From: Rotaria socialis
Lineage: Eukaryota
Assembly (NCBI GenBank): GCA_905331295.1
Contig: CAJNYD010000256.1
Coordinates: 1 to 64,000, forward strand
Length of the DNA stretch: 64,000 nt
Reading direction: 5' to 3'
The first letter of the stretch is position 1. Each line of letters opens with the position of its first letter. Made by a program: the position numbers and the translations under genes. The notes beneath the pieces are model-generated. The model was not told where the DNA came from. It did no database searches and saw nothing but the letters and a program-made list of their open reading frames with translations. Below, in pieces: positions 50,300 to 62,836 of this stretch.

Positions 50300-53200
50300 A
50301 AATACAACCTGTAGTAACAAAAATGAGCGAGAAGTAAAATAAAAAGAAAAGAATCATGGCGGAAGAGCGCAAGTGGGTGTTTAGACGAGGGAGAAAAAAG
50401 AGAAGAAAACTGTCTGTCGTCACAGAAAAATCATATAAGTAAGAAGAAAAAAAAGATAAGAAAAAGGAAAGAGAGAAGAGATGATAAGTTCAGGACCTAT
50501 CGTTCGCATCGATCTATTCTCACGAGAAAAAAAAACGAAGAGTCAAGTGTTTAGAGTGGAAATGCATGGTCTCACTCTCTATCCCTCAAGGTTACTGTCG
50601 TCATCATTGGTTCTGTTAAAAAGAAAGTCAATATATTTATCTTACATTTTCTACTTTCTTCATTTGATTCGTAAAACAAAAGTACACATGACACTCTTTT
50701 CTTGAACAAAAGAAAAATCAGTATCTTTTCAATTAGATGCGAATATGTTTGATGACACATGTGTTTATCACAAAGCAAAATGATTACTTGTAATGACAGT
50801 AACTTTTTGCCATTATCAATTGAGTATGCGTCTCTGCTTGCCTACCAGCCTACGTCATTTGTTCGAAATCAGTGAAGCATAATACATACGGAGGTGTCTC
50901 TTTTCTCTTCTGTCACCGTCGTCCAAGTCATTACCGTCTTTTCTTCTTCGTTTTCTCGAAGAAAAAAACATTATACGACCATAATAATAACTATGAATGG
51001 TAGGCATTAAAACTAGGATTTTAAAAGAAAAAAAACAAAAATCATCATTTTTTACAGTTAAAAATAAAAATTTACACGATTTTAAATATCTTTTTATTGA
51101 CAAATTATAACATAAAAATAGTTTAGTTAGTTTCTTAAGGGTTTTTTCTTGCTTTATATTTAAGTATCTCTCGCTTTTATTACGCGCGCTTTGACAAATA
51201 GTGGCATGCTGCCTGTTTGTTTTCTTCTCCCTGTAATGCGTCCCCTTCTTGCTTTCTTTTTCTTTTCTCATACGCTCTCTACTCATTCTCGATCTCTCCT
51301 TCTCTCTTCATTCTTTTGTTGCATCGAATACACCGTGGCAGCAAAAAGATCTACGTATTATTAACACATCACCCTTTCTTCTTCTTTTTTCCTGTCCGTG
51401 CATGTATGTGTGTAAGGCGGTTTTTTTCTTCTGTCATCAACATTGTTTGAACTACGTTACTGCTTATTCGATGGTAGGAGACAATTTCTTTCTTGTTTAT
51501 GAGTGAATGAATAGACACAGAAAAAAAAGTCCAAATAAGGACAAATAAATGTATGTATGTATGCATATGATTTTTTTTAAACATGTATTCAGAGGAAAAA
51601 AAAGACAAAAAAAACTTTATTCTTGACAGAACAGGTCAGAATGGTATTGAAATATTATCTATCACTTTGTTTACATATAAATGTTGGTATTAAATTTCTT
51701 GTTTTCCGTCTTATAACATACTGAGATAGATCTTTTATAATACAATGCTCATCGTCTTGTTTCAATGTATAGTATGTATTAAATAATGTTTATATTAATT
51801 CATATTCACGATAGATCATATCATTTTGATGATGCCTACTTGATCTACTTTTCTTGTCCACCATTTCTTACACTCGAGCAGGCACACTATTGTCACTACA
51901 GTATAGAGCAACAAGTATTGCCGTTCTTGTATTGTCACTAGAGGCGAACATTTTTCTTCGTTTTTTTTTCTATTTGAACCATCACATATATCGACAAAGT
52001 GCTCTTGCTTGGTCAACTATACTTGCTATGTCTCTCTCTCTCTCTCTCCCTCTTGCGTTGCACACCTTAGGGAGTATGTCGATATCTCATTGTCATTTCA
52101 TGCTTGCATGCATTGCGAACGCAAGCGTAAGATGCACGTTCGGAAATGAACATGTTACTAAAGAAAAGAATTTCTTTTTTTCTTTTTTTTTTCGCTGTTG
52201 AACAGCTAGTCAGTCATTCAACACTAGACTTTTCACACCTTAATACATCCATTCATTCCCAAAAAAAGAAACTATATACAATAACGACTACGATGACGAC
52301 TGTTTTACTACGATGTCGTAGTATGCATTTTTTTCTTCCTTTTCTGCCTTTCGTTTTTTTCTTTTCTCTTCTCTTTGTTTCATTTGATTATTCTACAGTA
52401 CTGTCAGTAGTACTGCTTCTACTACTCTACAAGGAAAAAAACTTCATGATGAGAACAGAGCAGAAAAAGAAGAAGAATGTTTTCCATCTTTTGCTCTTTC
52501 GCGTTCGGTACTGCACTATAGGTTCTTTGCCAGAGCAAAAAAAAGAAAGAAGCAACACAAGAACGATAAAAGAAAAAAAACTGAAAAGAAATAGAGACAT
52601 CTTAGCGCGCGAGCGAGAACGAGCATAGTAGGCCACAGTAAAGATGTTGTTTTTTACGCATCTGTTATTGTTGTTGTTATTCTTGTTCGTCTTTCACATG
52701 ATGCAGAGCGTTGATGCTGTCCCCGCCTCTTCTTTACTATTTGTGTAATATGCTCGGAGCAAGAATGATGTTCAATGCACTCGTGCAAGCAAGCATGCCT
52801 TCCCTTGTCTCTCTCCTCTTTCTCATGTTCTTCTAAATTTGAACAGTTGCTAGATGTAGCTGGCAATCGAGCACGATGAATGGAAGAAAACAGAAAGGGG
52901 GGAGAGGGAATGTACTATCGGACGGCGGGTTGAACGTAAGAGAGAGAAAGAACCAAGCCGTTGTTTGTTCTTTTTTGACATTTTTCTTCTTCTTCTTCTT
53001 CTTCTTCTTCTTCTTCTCCTCCTCCTCCTCTTCTTCTCTCATGATGTATGTACGTGAACGTGTCGCGAGTGTGCATGCACTTTGGCTTGCTTGACGTCAA
53101 AAAACGAATAAAGGAAAAAAACAAGTCCGACAATATGTTATCTTGTTTGTTGATTTTATTGAATCTAATCAGAAAAATTTTAACTTCAGATTGAATAATA
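50300..53200. promoter_or_regulatory. Low-complexity GA/CT-rich region upstream of BCL9 (probable promoter, 5' UTR or enhancer zone)
   Basis: Dense purine/pyrimidine tracts, (CTT)n at ~52986-53014 and CpG-containing patches (GCGCGCGAGCGAG ~52605). No credible coding ORF. Confidence 0.35.
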
Positions 53201-53223
53201 ATAAATGTAGATGATTAATACCA

Positions 53224-54174
53224 ATGAAAAACAACGTCAAAAAAGCCAAATCGGCTGCATCACTTTCACTAAATACTGTTCAACAACGATCGTCTGTTGA
53301 TAATAATGGTATGAGTAGTTTTTTTTTATATTTTTTTTGAACGTTTTCATTCATCGATATGTATTTTAATTAGTTTTTAGTTAATAATGGTATGGAAAGT
53401 GGAACATTACCTCCAGCAACAATGTTATTACATACAAATGAATCTCATCAGCAAATTTCTTCATCTGATTCTCCAATGAATCAATATTCTGATATATATG
53501 TTTCAAGACAAGCAGTACAAACAAATAATAATAAAACGAATAAAAGAAAATTAGATGAATTAATTGATCCTTCATCTGTCGATTTCGATTCCTTATCCAA
53601 TTTGAAACCACAAAAAACTGAACAAATAGACTCTGAAAGATCACATAGTAGGACAGGAACTCGTTAGTATATATTTTTATTTCTTATGAAATAAACAGCA
53701 TTTACTTATTGTAGCTTTATCAAATGGTCTCCCGTGTTCATTAACACCATCACGTAATGGTAATGATATCGGCCAAGTATCATATGATTTTGCTCCATCA
53801 AATCATAATACTTGTAGTAATACACCTAATTCATTATTACTGACACGTCAAACACCACCACCACCACCATCTTTACATCAACAACAACAACAATCTTTAC
53901 TCCCGCCACCACCATCGTCATCATCTTATATGTCTATGTCACCGCGAAATCAATATACTATAACCAGTGATAGTCCATATTTACAAACGAGTAATCAAGT
54001 CTTTGTATTTACAACACAATTAGCTAATGAAGCAGCAGATTCTGTATTAAAAAATGAACATCCAAATATAATTGAATATCATAAATCATTGCCAAGTACT
54101 GCTCAATATGTATCTGTAAGCTGAAATTTTAATATACATGAACAATAGAATAAACAAAATTGTAAATGAAACGT

Positions 54175-54220
<46 letters not shown>

Positions 54221-55684
54221 AAGAGAAAACTCAAGGGAAATGTCTGTAATTGAGTAGACAAAGAAGAAAAGGATACGAGAACTATTAGAACTCCCATTGG
54301 AGTTTCATATAAAGTCAATAGATTTCATGATGATTATTACTATTTTTTCTCTGTAGTCTCTCTCAAATAACAATCATAATTCAACACTTGGCGGTCCAAT
54401 GCATATGAATCTACCACCCGGATGTCATTCGCCTCGAACTATGCAAATGATGATGCATGGTCCACCACATCATAATCCGCATTTACAAATGCATAATGGT
54501 GGCGGTGGTCCACCACCACCAAATTGGTCACATCCACATTTTCATCAACAACAACCACCTTTCGGTCGTCTAACGCCTGGATCTGGTGGTTTACCTCCAC
54601 CCAATCATCTTTTACCTCCAGGTGCACTTATGATGAATGGTTCTCCACCACCTGGTATGCGTATGGGTGGTATGCAACCCATGTCGGGTATGGGTCAACC
54701 ACCATCAGATGGTATTGAAAATTTAACACCTGAACGAGCAATACATCGAAAGCATCAATTAGATAAAATACAAGAAATGAAAACAAAAATTACGGGTGGA
54801 CGTGGTCGGGGTGGAAGAGCGAAAGCGAATGCAGCTGCAGCTGCTGCTAATGCTAATATGCCACCATCAATGAACGGTGGTCCACTTGATCCTCATCAAC
54901 AACAAATGATGATGATGAACAGTTCACACGGCGTTGGTCCACCACACCATATGATGGGCATCGGACCACCGCCACCTCATATGTTACCGCCAGGTATGCG
55001 AGGACCACCTGATGGAATGATGCTTGATATGAACGGTCCACCACATGGATATATGAATGGACCAATGCCACCTGGTTTTCATGGACAATATGGACCAGGT
55101 CCAGGTGATCCATACGGACAATTAGCACCACATCATCCACAAGCACAAGCAGTTAGAGAGTGGACTAAAATGCAAATGGAACATCTCGAAGGAAAAGCTC
55201 ATCAAATGCGCGGACAGCCACCACCTTATTCATTAGCATCACCATCATCACTAACACCTCCCATAGCTACAACATCAGGAGGAGGCAATTTAGGACCTAA
55301 TGGTAAACTACTTTCACCTAGAATGGAATCGTCCACAGTGCCACGTTTATTTAAAGTTGGTCAACCAGAAAAATTCATTCCAGATCCATTACCATCATCT
55401 GCCAATAAGAAATTAACTGGTAGTATTGGTGAAGTACAATTAACTGCATCACCAACACAAATGGATTATAATGAATTTGGTATGAAATTAAATTTTTAAA
55501 TTCATTTTTTTTTATAATACTATCTTTGTTTTCTTATAGGTGTGGAAGGAGAAGAATTATTAATAACAAGACATTTAAATCGAGGCTATCGATCTGGCAC
55601 TGGACCAAGTGGTGGTCCATCATCATCATCATCATCATGTAAAGATGAACCAATGACACCATCAACACGTTCAACTTCAACACC

Positions 55685-55718
<34 letters not shown>

Positions 55719-55748
55719 CCAAATACATTATCATTCGGACAACAACAA

Positions 55749-55812
<64 letters not shown>

Positions 55813-57011
55813 TACAACAACAGCAACAACAGCAGCAACAACAACAACAACAATCCGGTTCAACAACGCCTACGCATCATTCACAAGGTATTACACCACA
55901 AAGTGTTCCAGCAGCATCACCACGTTCATCGAAATTAACAGGAAATAATAATCTATCGTCACCATTAATGATTACAAATTCAACGAAAGATGAACCGCTC
56001 GATATGAATGGTGACCCTAAAACGCCAACATCAAACATGGCACCACCATTAAGTAGTATGCTTCAAATGACAAATAGTTTACAATCATCGAATTCACCAT
56101 ATAATTCATCAAATAATCAACCATCAAAACAATCGTTAAACAATCCAAATCTTGGGCATATGTCAAAACAAATGGATCATATGAATTTACCACCACAACA
56201 CATGCAATTTCAAGTATATATCTGTTTCTTTTTTTTCTTTTTTTAAAATTTTCTTTTTCTTTTCTTTCTGTAGAATATGAATCCCCATCATCGTATGTTT
56301 GGTCCACCAGAGCCAATGCCTCCACAATTTAATCCACATCATCCTGGAAATTTACCCCCACCACATCCACATATGTACAAAATGATGCCTCCACATCATG
56401 CAATGGATCCTAATGGAATGATGATGCAGCATCCCGGTGGTCCATCACGTTCATCAAAAGGTTTACCACCTCCACCGCAGTCTATGTCTGATCAAATGCA
56501 ACAGCATCTTCATCATCTACCTCCGCCAAATTATGTTAAAATGCATCATATGGATCCATTACTTGGCCCACTACCTGGTCATCATCAACAGCACATGCGA
56601 TTTTCACCTATGATGGATGATAACTTTAGTATGGGACCCCCACCTCATCATCATCCTCATATGCATCCATCACATCATCAAATGCATCCACATATGCATC
56701 CATCACATCATCAAATGCATTTAAACGATGGTCGACCACTACCACCACAATCAATCAATAATACTTATGTTTCGGCAACAATGTCTATTCAACAATTGAA
56801 TATTCAAAGTTTAGGTCCCGGTGGACCACAAGGTGAACTTCAGCCAGGTACGATCCATTATCATGCACCATCAGGAAATATTTCTGATTCTCAACAACAA
56901 CAGCAACAATTTTCACAAAATGATTCCCAATTTTCCTCACAGTTCAATGATTTACAAGCACCACCATCAAATCTAAGTTCAGACGGTGTACAGCCACCAC
57001 CTTATTGGTGA
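53224..57011 (+). CDS. BCL9: BCL9/legless Wnt co-activator; exons ~53224-53308, 53381-53662, 53715-54115, 54357-55479, 55540-56213, 56274-57011
   Basis: HD1 QVFVFTTQLANEAADSVLKNEHPNIIEYH, HD2 ENLTPERAIHRKHQLDKIQEMKTKI and HD3 AVREWTKMQMEHLEGK, set in P/G/M/H-rich low complexity. Introns keep frame. Confidence 0.9.
54179..54220. repeat. (GA)n microsatellite in a BCL9 intron
   Basis: Direct observation. Confidence 0.9.
55686..55853 (+). repeat. Coding poly-Asn (11) and poly-Gln (38 codons with one Leu) tracts
   Basis: (AAT)11 at 55686-55718 and a mixed CAA/CAG run at 55740-55853 in BCL9 exon 5. Confidence 0.95.
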
Positions 57012-58289
57012 TCTAAGAAATATGAAAAGCACAAAAGGAATTCAAAGAAAATTCAACATAATGTATCTCACGTTGTTTGTGAGAACATTTTCCTCATCTT
57101 TATTATTTATCTCGTATTTTCTAATTTCAGCGTGTACAAACAAAGAATCTCTTTTTTTCTTTTCGGATTCGACTAATTGTATTTTTTTTTCTTTCTTTTT
57201 TTCTGTTGTTATTATTGATGTTGTTCTCTATTTTTTTCTCGCGTACATTACATTCACACACGTGCACACGATATCTTGCTCTTACTTGTCATATACGTGT
57301 GCTATTGATCATTAAAAGAGAAAAATAGCCACCGTCTGTTGCCTTCTTATTCTGTTTCAAAAAAGGAAAAAGAAGCCAAGTTTTCTTTTTCTTTCTCGTT
57401 TTTTATGTGTGTGATATGAACAATAAATAATAGAATATATACAACAATGCGATGACAAAAAAAAACACAAATCAAATGTCTGTATGTCATTTTTAGATTT
57501 TATATAGTATTCTTTTGTTGTATGTCATGACAACAAATGGATAAGATACCAATATTTATGGAAGTTTTACATAGTTCGAAGAGTGACAGTAACAAATGTA
57601 TTTATTCGAAAATTAAAGGAAACATTTGTTGAACACTTATCAATAAAAAAAATCGTTATAAATACTAATATTTAAATACCCTGAATCATTATGTTATTTA
57701 AGTCACTTGATAGAAATAATTCAAATAAATAGCAATTGACATAAACATATTTTAGATTTACAAATGTAAATACAAAAATTTGTCTTCTTTTTTTTTGTTT
57801 TTGTTGTTGTCATATGTTAATGTTATTTTTATGGATTTTGGAAATGTAATCGTTTGATATTTTTCATTGTGAAAGTACAGTATAATGATTTCGATGAATT
57901 TTTATTTTTATTCTTCAAAAGAATTGATTTAATGATCATGCTGAAGAAAAAACAGGCCATGTTATATCATTATCTTATTTAATGGTATTTAAAAAAGATT
58001 GTTTCTCTAATGCGAAGATTTAAATAGTCTTTTCTAATATGACGAGATTATCTAGAAAGTATTTGTATCGTGTGTTACTTTGTCAATGATTATCTATTTA
58101 TATGCTATCGCTCGTTTGAGTTCAACAAAACAGCAATTCGTTTGATTAAAAGATAATCTTATCATAGATTGTTCACACATCTGTTTTCTACTATGAGTTA
58201 ATCTATTATTTTTTGTTATTGCATTAATAATAGTTTCATAAATGTGTAGAAAAATATTTTGTTTTCGTTCATTTGAAGATTCACTTTTG

Positions 58290-61200
58290 ATGACTTTGTC
58301 ACATGAGACAAGAATGACGACTGAAACGGAATTAATTTTTTCACCTGAACGTACATCAAATAGTTCATGTCGTGCATTTTCCAGCAAGAAAGTAAGACAA
58401 AATGTTCTTTTTGTTATAATTACTTATTTATTTCTATTATATTTAAGGCTAGTCGTCGACGAATTGCAATAAATCATCCACCTAAACCTGTTTCATGTCG
58501 GGTTTATCGATATTTTACGCCGGCTGCTGCTCGATTAGCCAATGCTGTTTCAGTTAGTTCTAATACATTTGGTGTTGGTATGGATTTTGTTTTTGCTATT
58601 TAGTTAATTAATATTTTGATTTCTATTTTCTCGTATATTTAGCATTGGAAAGCCCATATTATACAAAATCAACTGAATCAACTTATTGGGATCAATGTTT
58701 CGAACACCTTGAATGTCTTGGTCGTGGTTCATTTGCTGAGGTAAGATGAGATTTTAAATAAAATAGACGATTCTAACAACAATGAAAGTTTCAGAAAAAA
58801 CTTAAAGAATGGAACTACAGTGTGTTATTAATTGAAAGATCTATTTAGTAAATTTAAATTCGAGTTCATAATTCATACGTTGAATACTCTGTTGGGTTTA
58901 TGAAACAAAATTACTTTGATGCAGCTCGATTTAGAATAAAACTTGTAGGTTTTTCGTTTAGTAATTTCTACACATGTAGAATCAAATGTTACGCTCAAGT
59001 TTTTCTTTGTAATATATTGTTATTAACAAGAGAAAATTCATGTTTTTACTGAACTTTGGTATATTTTATCAATCTTATTGAACGACTATCATTTAAGCGA
59101 TCAGTAGAATAAGTGAAATGATCAGTACATTATTTGTGTGGTCAGTTATTAAGATACTTCGATTTATTGATATGTTTAAAAATCAGCAAATTAGATTAAA
59201 AGATCAGTATAAAAATTGAAATGTGTTATAAGGTGATTTACTTTTTTTTCATGCTTGTTCTTTTGGTCTATATATCGTACAGCTGATAAGTACAACATAT
59301 ATAAATGCACTCTTAGCTCCTTTCTTTCACATTCAGCTTAGTACCAACAAGTAAACAGGATGGAAGTCGTACAAGTTGTTCAATATGAAAGTGATATATC
59401 AGACAAAGAGGTTCTGGAAGGAAATGATGGAATAAATGGAAATCAAAGAATTCCAAAAAGAGGTGTGGCGGTGGTGTAGATAAGCAGAACAATCACACCC
59501 ACACCCACACCCAAATTTCTATGTTTTACTGATCAATTTTATCCTTTTTACTGGTAATTATATATAATAAACTGATCATTTTAAGATTAATTACTGATCA
59601 TTTTAGTACTGATCAAATATAATGTTCTCTTATTGAACTATATCTAAGACAGAAGAATTTATCCTGTAGAATTCTCTTTTTTACAAGATGATGCTATTTT
59701 TTACTTTGAACTTGAAATTCTACTGACTCATAGACTTAAATCAGACTAGAAAACGTTGAAGTCTTTAAGATAGGTCATCCAGAGATTTGGAAACTTCTTT
59801 CAACATAATATCTACAACAGATGTATCATGATAGTTTCAATCTAAAACTCGAAAGTTTATTCTTGTGGCAAATGGCAGGTTTTAGAATGATGACTCACTG
59901 AAAATCTTCTATCTATGCAGAAGCAACTCATAGGCACGAGCCTTTTTTCTTTTTTTTTTATCGTGGCTACAGTTCACTTAAATTTTCAAGGTCTGCTGAG
60001 TTTTAACCAAGTCGTTGGTGGATCCATTAAAAATTTTCTACCAAAAGGTAGATATTCCAATATAAGATTCAATTCATACAGACTATCATATAATCTTGAC
60101 GTATATTGGTTTGAAGAATTAATTTCGTAGTTTTACTGGTGCAAAATATTTAAGATATATACATATTGAGACTCAATAATGTTGACAGGTGGCTTGTGAC
60201 AAAAAATATTTGTCTATTTGGTTATTATAATAATGTTAACACACTAGCTTTTCATCGGGTCTCAAAGACATATTTTTTGATTTAAATCTATCTATTAAAT
60301 CTTATTGAATATTTTGTAATTTTATAATAATTTTGTTTTCTTCTTTCAAGGTATATAAAGTTCGTCATAAAGAAGATAACCAATTATATGCTATTAAACG
60401 TTCGCTAACTAAATTTCGTGGTAAATCCGATCGGTATGAACTTTTTTTTTAAAAGAAAAGAAAAGTATTTATTAAATTCAATTCTAGTGATCAAAAACTA
60501 AAAGAAGTTCGTTTTCATGAAACACTTGCTACACATAGAAATATTCTTAACATAATTCATGCATGGGAAGAACGTGAACGTTTATACATTCAAACAGAAC
60601 TCTGTGAAAGCAAGTATGTAAAGCGGAGTGGTCAATTTAACAAAAAAAAGCTACCTTTTGATTTGATTTTAAAGTTTACTGGACTATTCAGCAGAACATC
60701 AAATAAGTCAACCAATGATTTGGCATTTTCTTTATCAAATAAGCCAAGTATGAATAAAAGAAAACTGGAAGCAATTTTTGTTTTTATTTGAATTAAATCT
60801 CTTTTAGGCTCTCGATTTTCTTCATTCATTAGATTACGTTCATATGGATGTAAGTATTCAAAATAGTTTCTTTAATTTGAAGTCTTGTCAACGACGATTC
60901 AAACAGGAACATTGCAATATGGAGAAACATGACTTTCACAGTAATGACTTTCGACGAGTGCTAAAAGTTCCGATTTGATGCAAGTGCAAATTTTGATAAA
61001 TGACATGTCTTTTGGTTATGCCTGTGAGTCATAGCTGCAAAATATATACTATTCTGATAAATGAGAGTAACATTTAAAATCTTTTACAGACTTCGAAATA
61101 ACACCTTCAAACTTCTAGTCATAGACTACATGTTAATAACTACTGGTTATAATATATATTTTATCTTCTTATTTTAATTTTAAAAGACACAGTTATGCCA

Positions 61201-62836
61201 TGATTAAATAATTTCTCTCGCAATAGATTAAATAAAGTAGTGTACTCGTTATAGGCAATAACAATTAATTTATGTTCTATTTTGTAATCCTGAAGGAATT
61301 GTGCTCACAGATGTTTTTTTTTATTAATTCAAGGTTAAACCAGAAAATATTTTAATTACACATGATGGAATTCTGAAACTTTGTGACTTTGGCATTGTAC
61401 ATGATTTACGAAGTGTAAGAGAACAATTTATTCTATTTGAAGAAATTGAAATTAATTAAATTTTTTTCCTTTTGTATTTGTTTTAGCCATCAACGTTAGC
61501 ACAAGATGGCGATGCACGTTATCTTGCATTTGAAGTTTTATCGGGAACGATATCAACAGCTGCTGATGTATTTAGTTTAGGTTTAGCAGCCTTTGAATTA
61601 GTTAGTGATTTTGATTTACCTGTGAATGGTGATCTTTGGACAGATATTCGAGAATTAAGATTGCCATTAGAAATCATATCAGTATTGACTGATATCGAAT
61701 TAAAAGAACTTCTTTTTCGAATGATTCATTCGAATTATAAGCAACGACCTACAGCGAAAGATGTACTCAATAATCTTATGATACGTGAAGAAGTAAGAAA
61801 TTAATTAATTTAAAATTTCGTTTTTCGAAATAATTACCATGATGATTTGTTTAGATTTGCCATTTAATTTCACCATTTGCATTTAATCAACAAAAACATG
61901 AACAGGTTAGATGAAAAGAAAGTTTGGTTTTTGACAGATGTTTACCTTTGAATTTCTCGTTTTTTTTAGACACTCTCATTATCAAACAGTACTACTTCAC
62001 CGGCTAGCCATGGTTGTCGTACACCGACTAAAAAACCCAAACGACCACCTAATTATACGGGTTATCACGAAGAACATTCAGATGGTTTGAAACAAATTAT
62101 TTTTTTGACTTCCAAAAAATAGTTTTCTTTTCTTTATAGAGGAAATTAGACAGATTGCTATTCATCATCATACTCTGTAAGTTTTGATCATGGTCTAATT
62201 TCTCTTGATAGGCGAAACGGATTGTATAAAATAATAAATTCGGTGTAAATTAGACCCATTCTTTTTGTAGGTTGCATGTATAGTTAGTTTCACGCCATTT
62301 CGTTTTATATGAACGGTTACAGTCTGTGAGAAGACTAGTAACAAATCAGCTTATCTTGTTTTCGCTGCACAATATCCTGATTCTTTGTTTCTTTTTTCTA
62401 TGAAATTATTTATTTAGCAATTTTATACGAGTAGTTACCGGTACCCATTGTGTTTTATTTGAATTTGTGCCACTTCTGCTAGAGAAAATTTTCGGTTTAA
62501 ATCTGTAATCAATTGACATTTTTGAGTTCAAAAACCAAATTGTTGTATTTCTTTAGAATTGAAACCTTAATGAGAAAAATACAAATGAATCTATATTTCA
62601 TCTTGCATATATCTTAATTTTCTATCTATTAGGACGCCACCACCACCACCACCGGTTCCTACTGATCCACTTCGGGTTCGTCTTTTCCCCAATGATTCAG
62701 ATGACGATACCAATAATAATCTTATTTATTCGTAAGATTTTTCATCTTTATCATTTATATAAGCATATTTTTGTTTTCTTTTAGTCGAAAATCTCCAATT
62801 AAATTAAAATTCGACAGTAGTGGTGCCGAAGATTAG
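58290..62836 (+). CDS. PKMYT1: Myt1-type (Wee1 family) CDK1-inhibitory kinase, multi-exon
   Basis: YWDQCFEHLECLGRGSFAE|VYKVRHKEDNQLYAIKRSLTKFRGKSDR, AWEERERLYIQTELC, VHMD|VKPENI, KLCDFG, DGDARYLAFE, ADVFSLG, DLPVNGDLW. Spliced tail ends FDSSGAED* at 62836. The start codon is uncertain (58290 or 58314). Confidence 0.9.
59084..59629. mobile_element. MULE/Foldback-like element in a Myt1 intron
   Basis: 9-bp TSD TTATTGAAC (59075-59083, 59630-59638) and G...C termini. The left arm is an array of GATCAGTA-like motifs and the right arm an array of TACTGATC, with the first motif at the same 23-nt offset from each end. Confidence 0.78.

Noticed and set aside
50481..53133. Cluster of 65-160 aa ORFs
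   Set aside because: K/R/E- or F/L/S-biased translations of purine/pyrimidine tracts; overlapping on both strands with no domain motifs.
54439..56325. Antisense ORFs over BCL9 (Val/Asp/Ala-rich)
   Set aside because: Shadow frames of low-complexity coding sequence.
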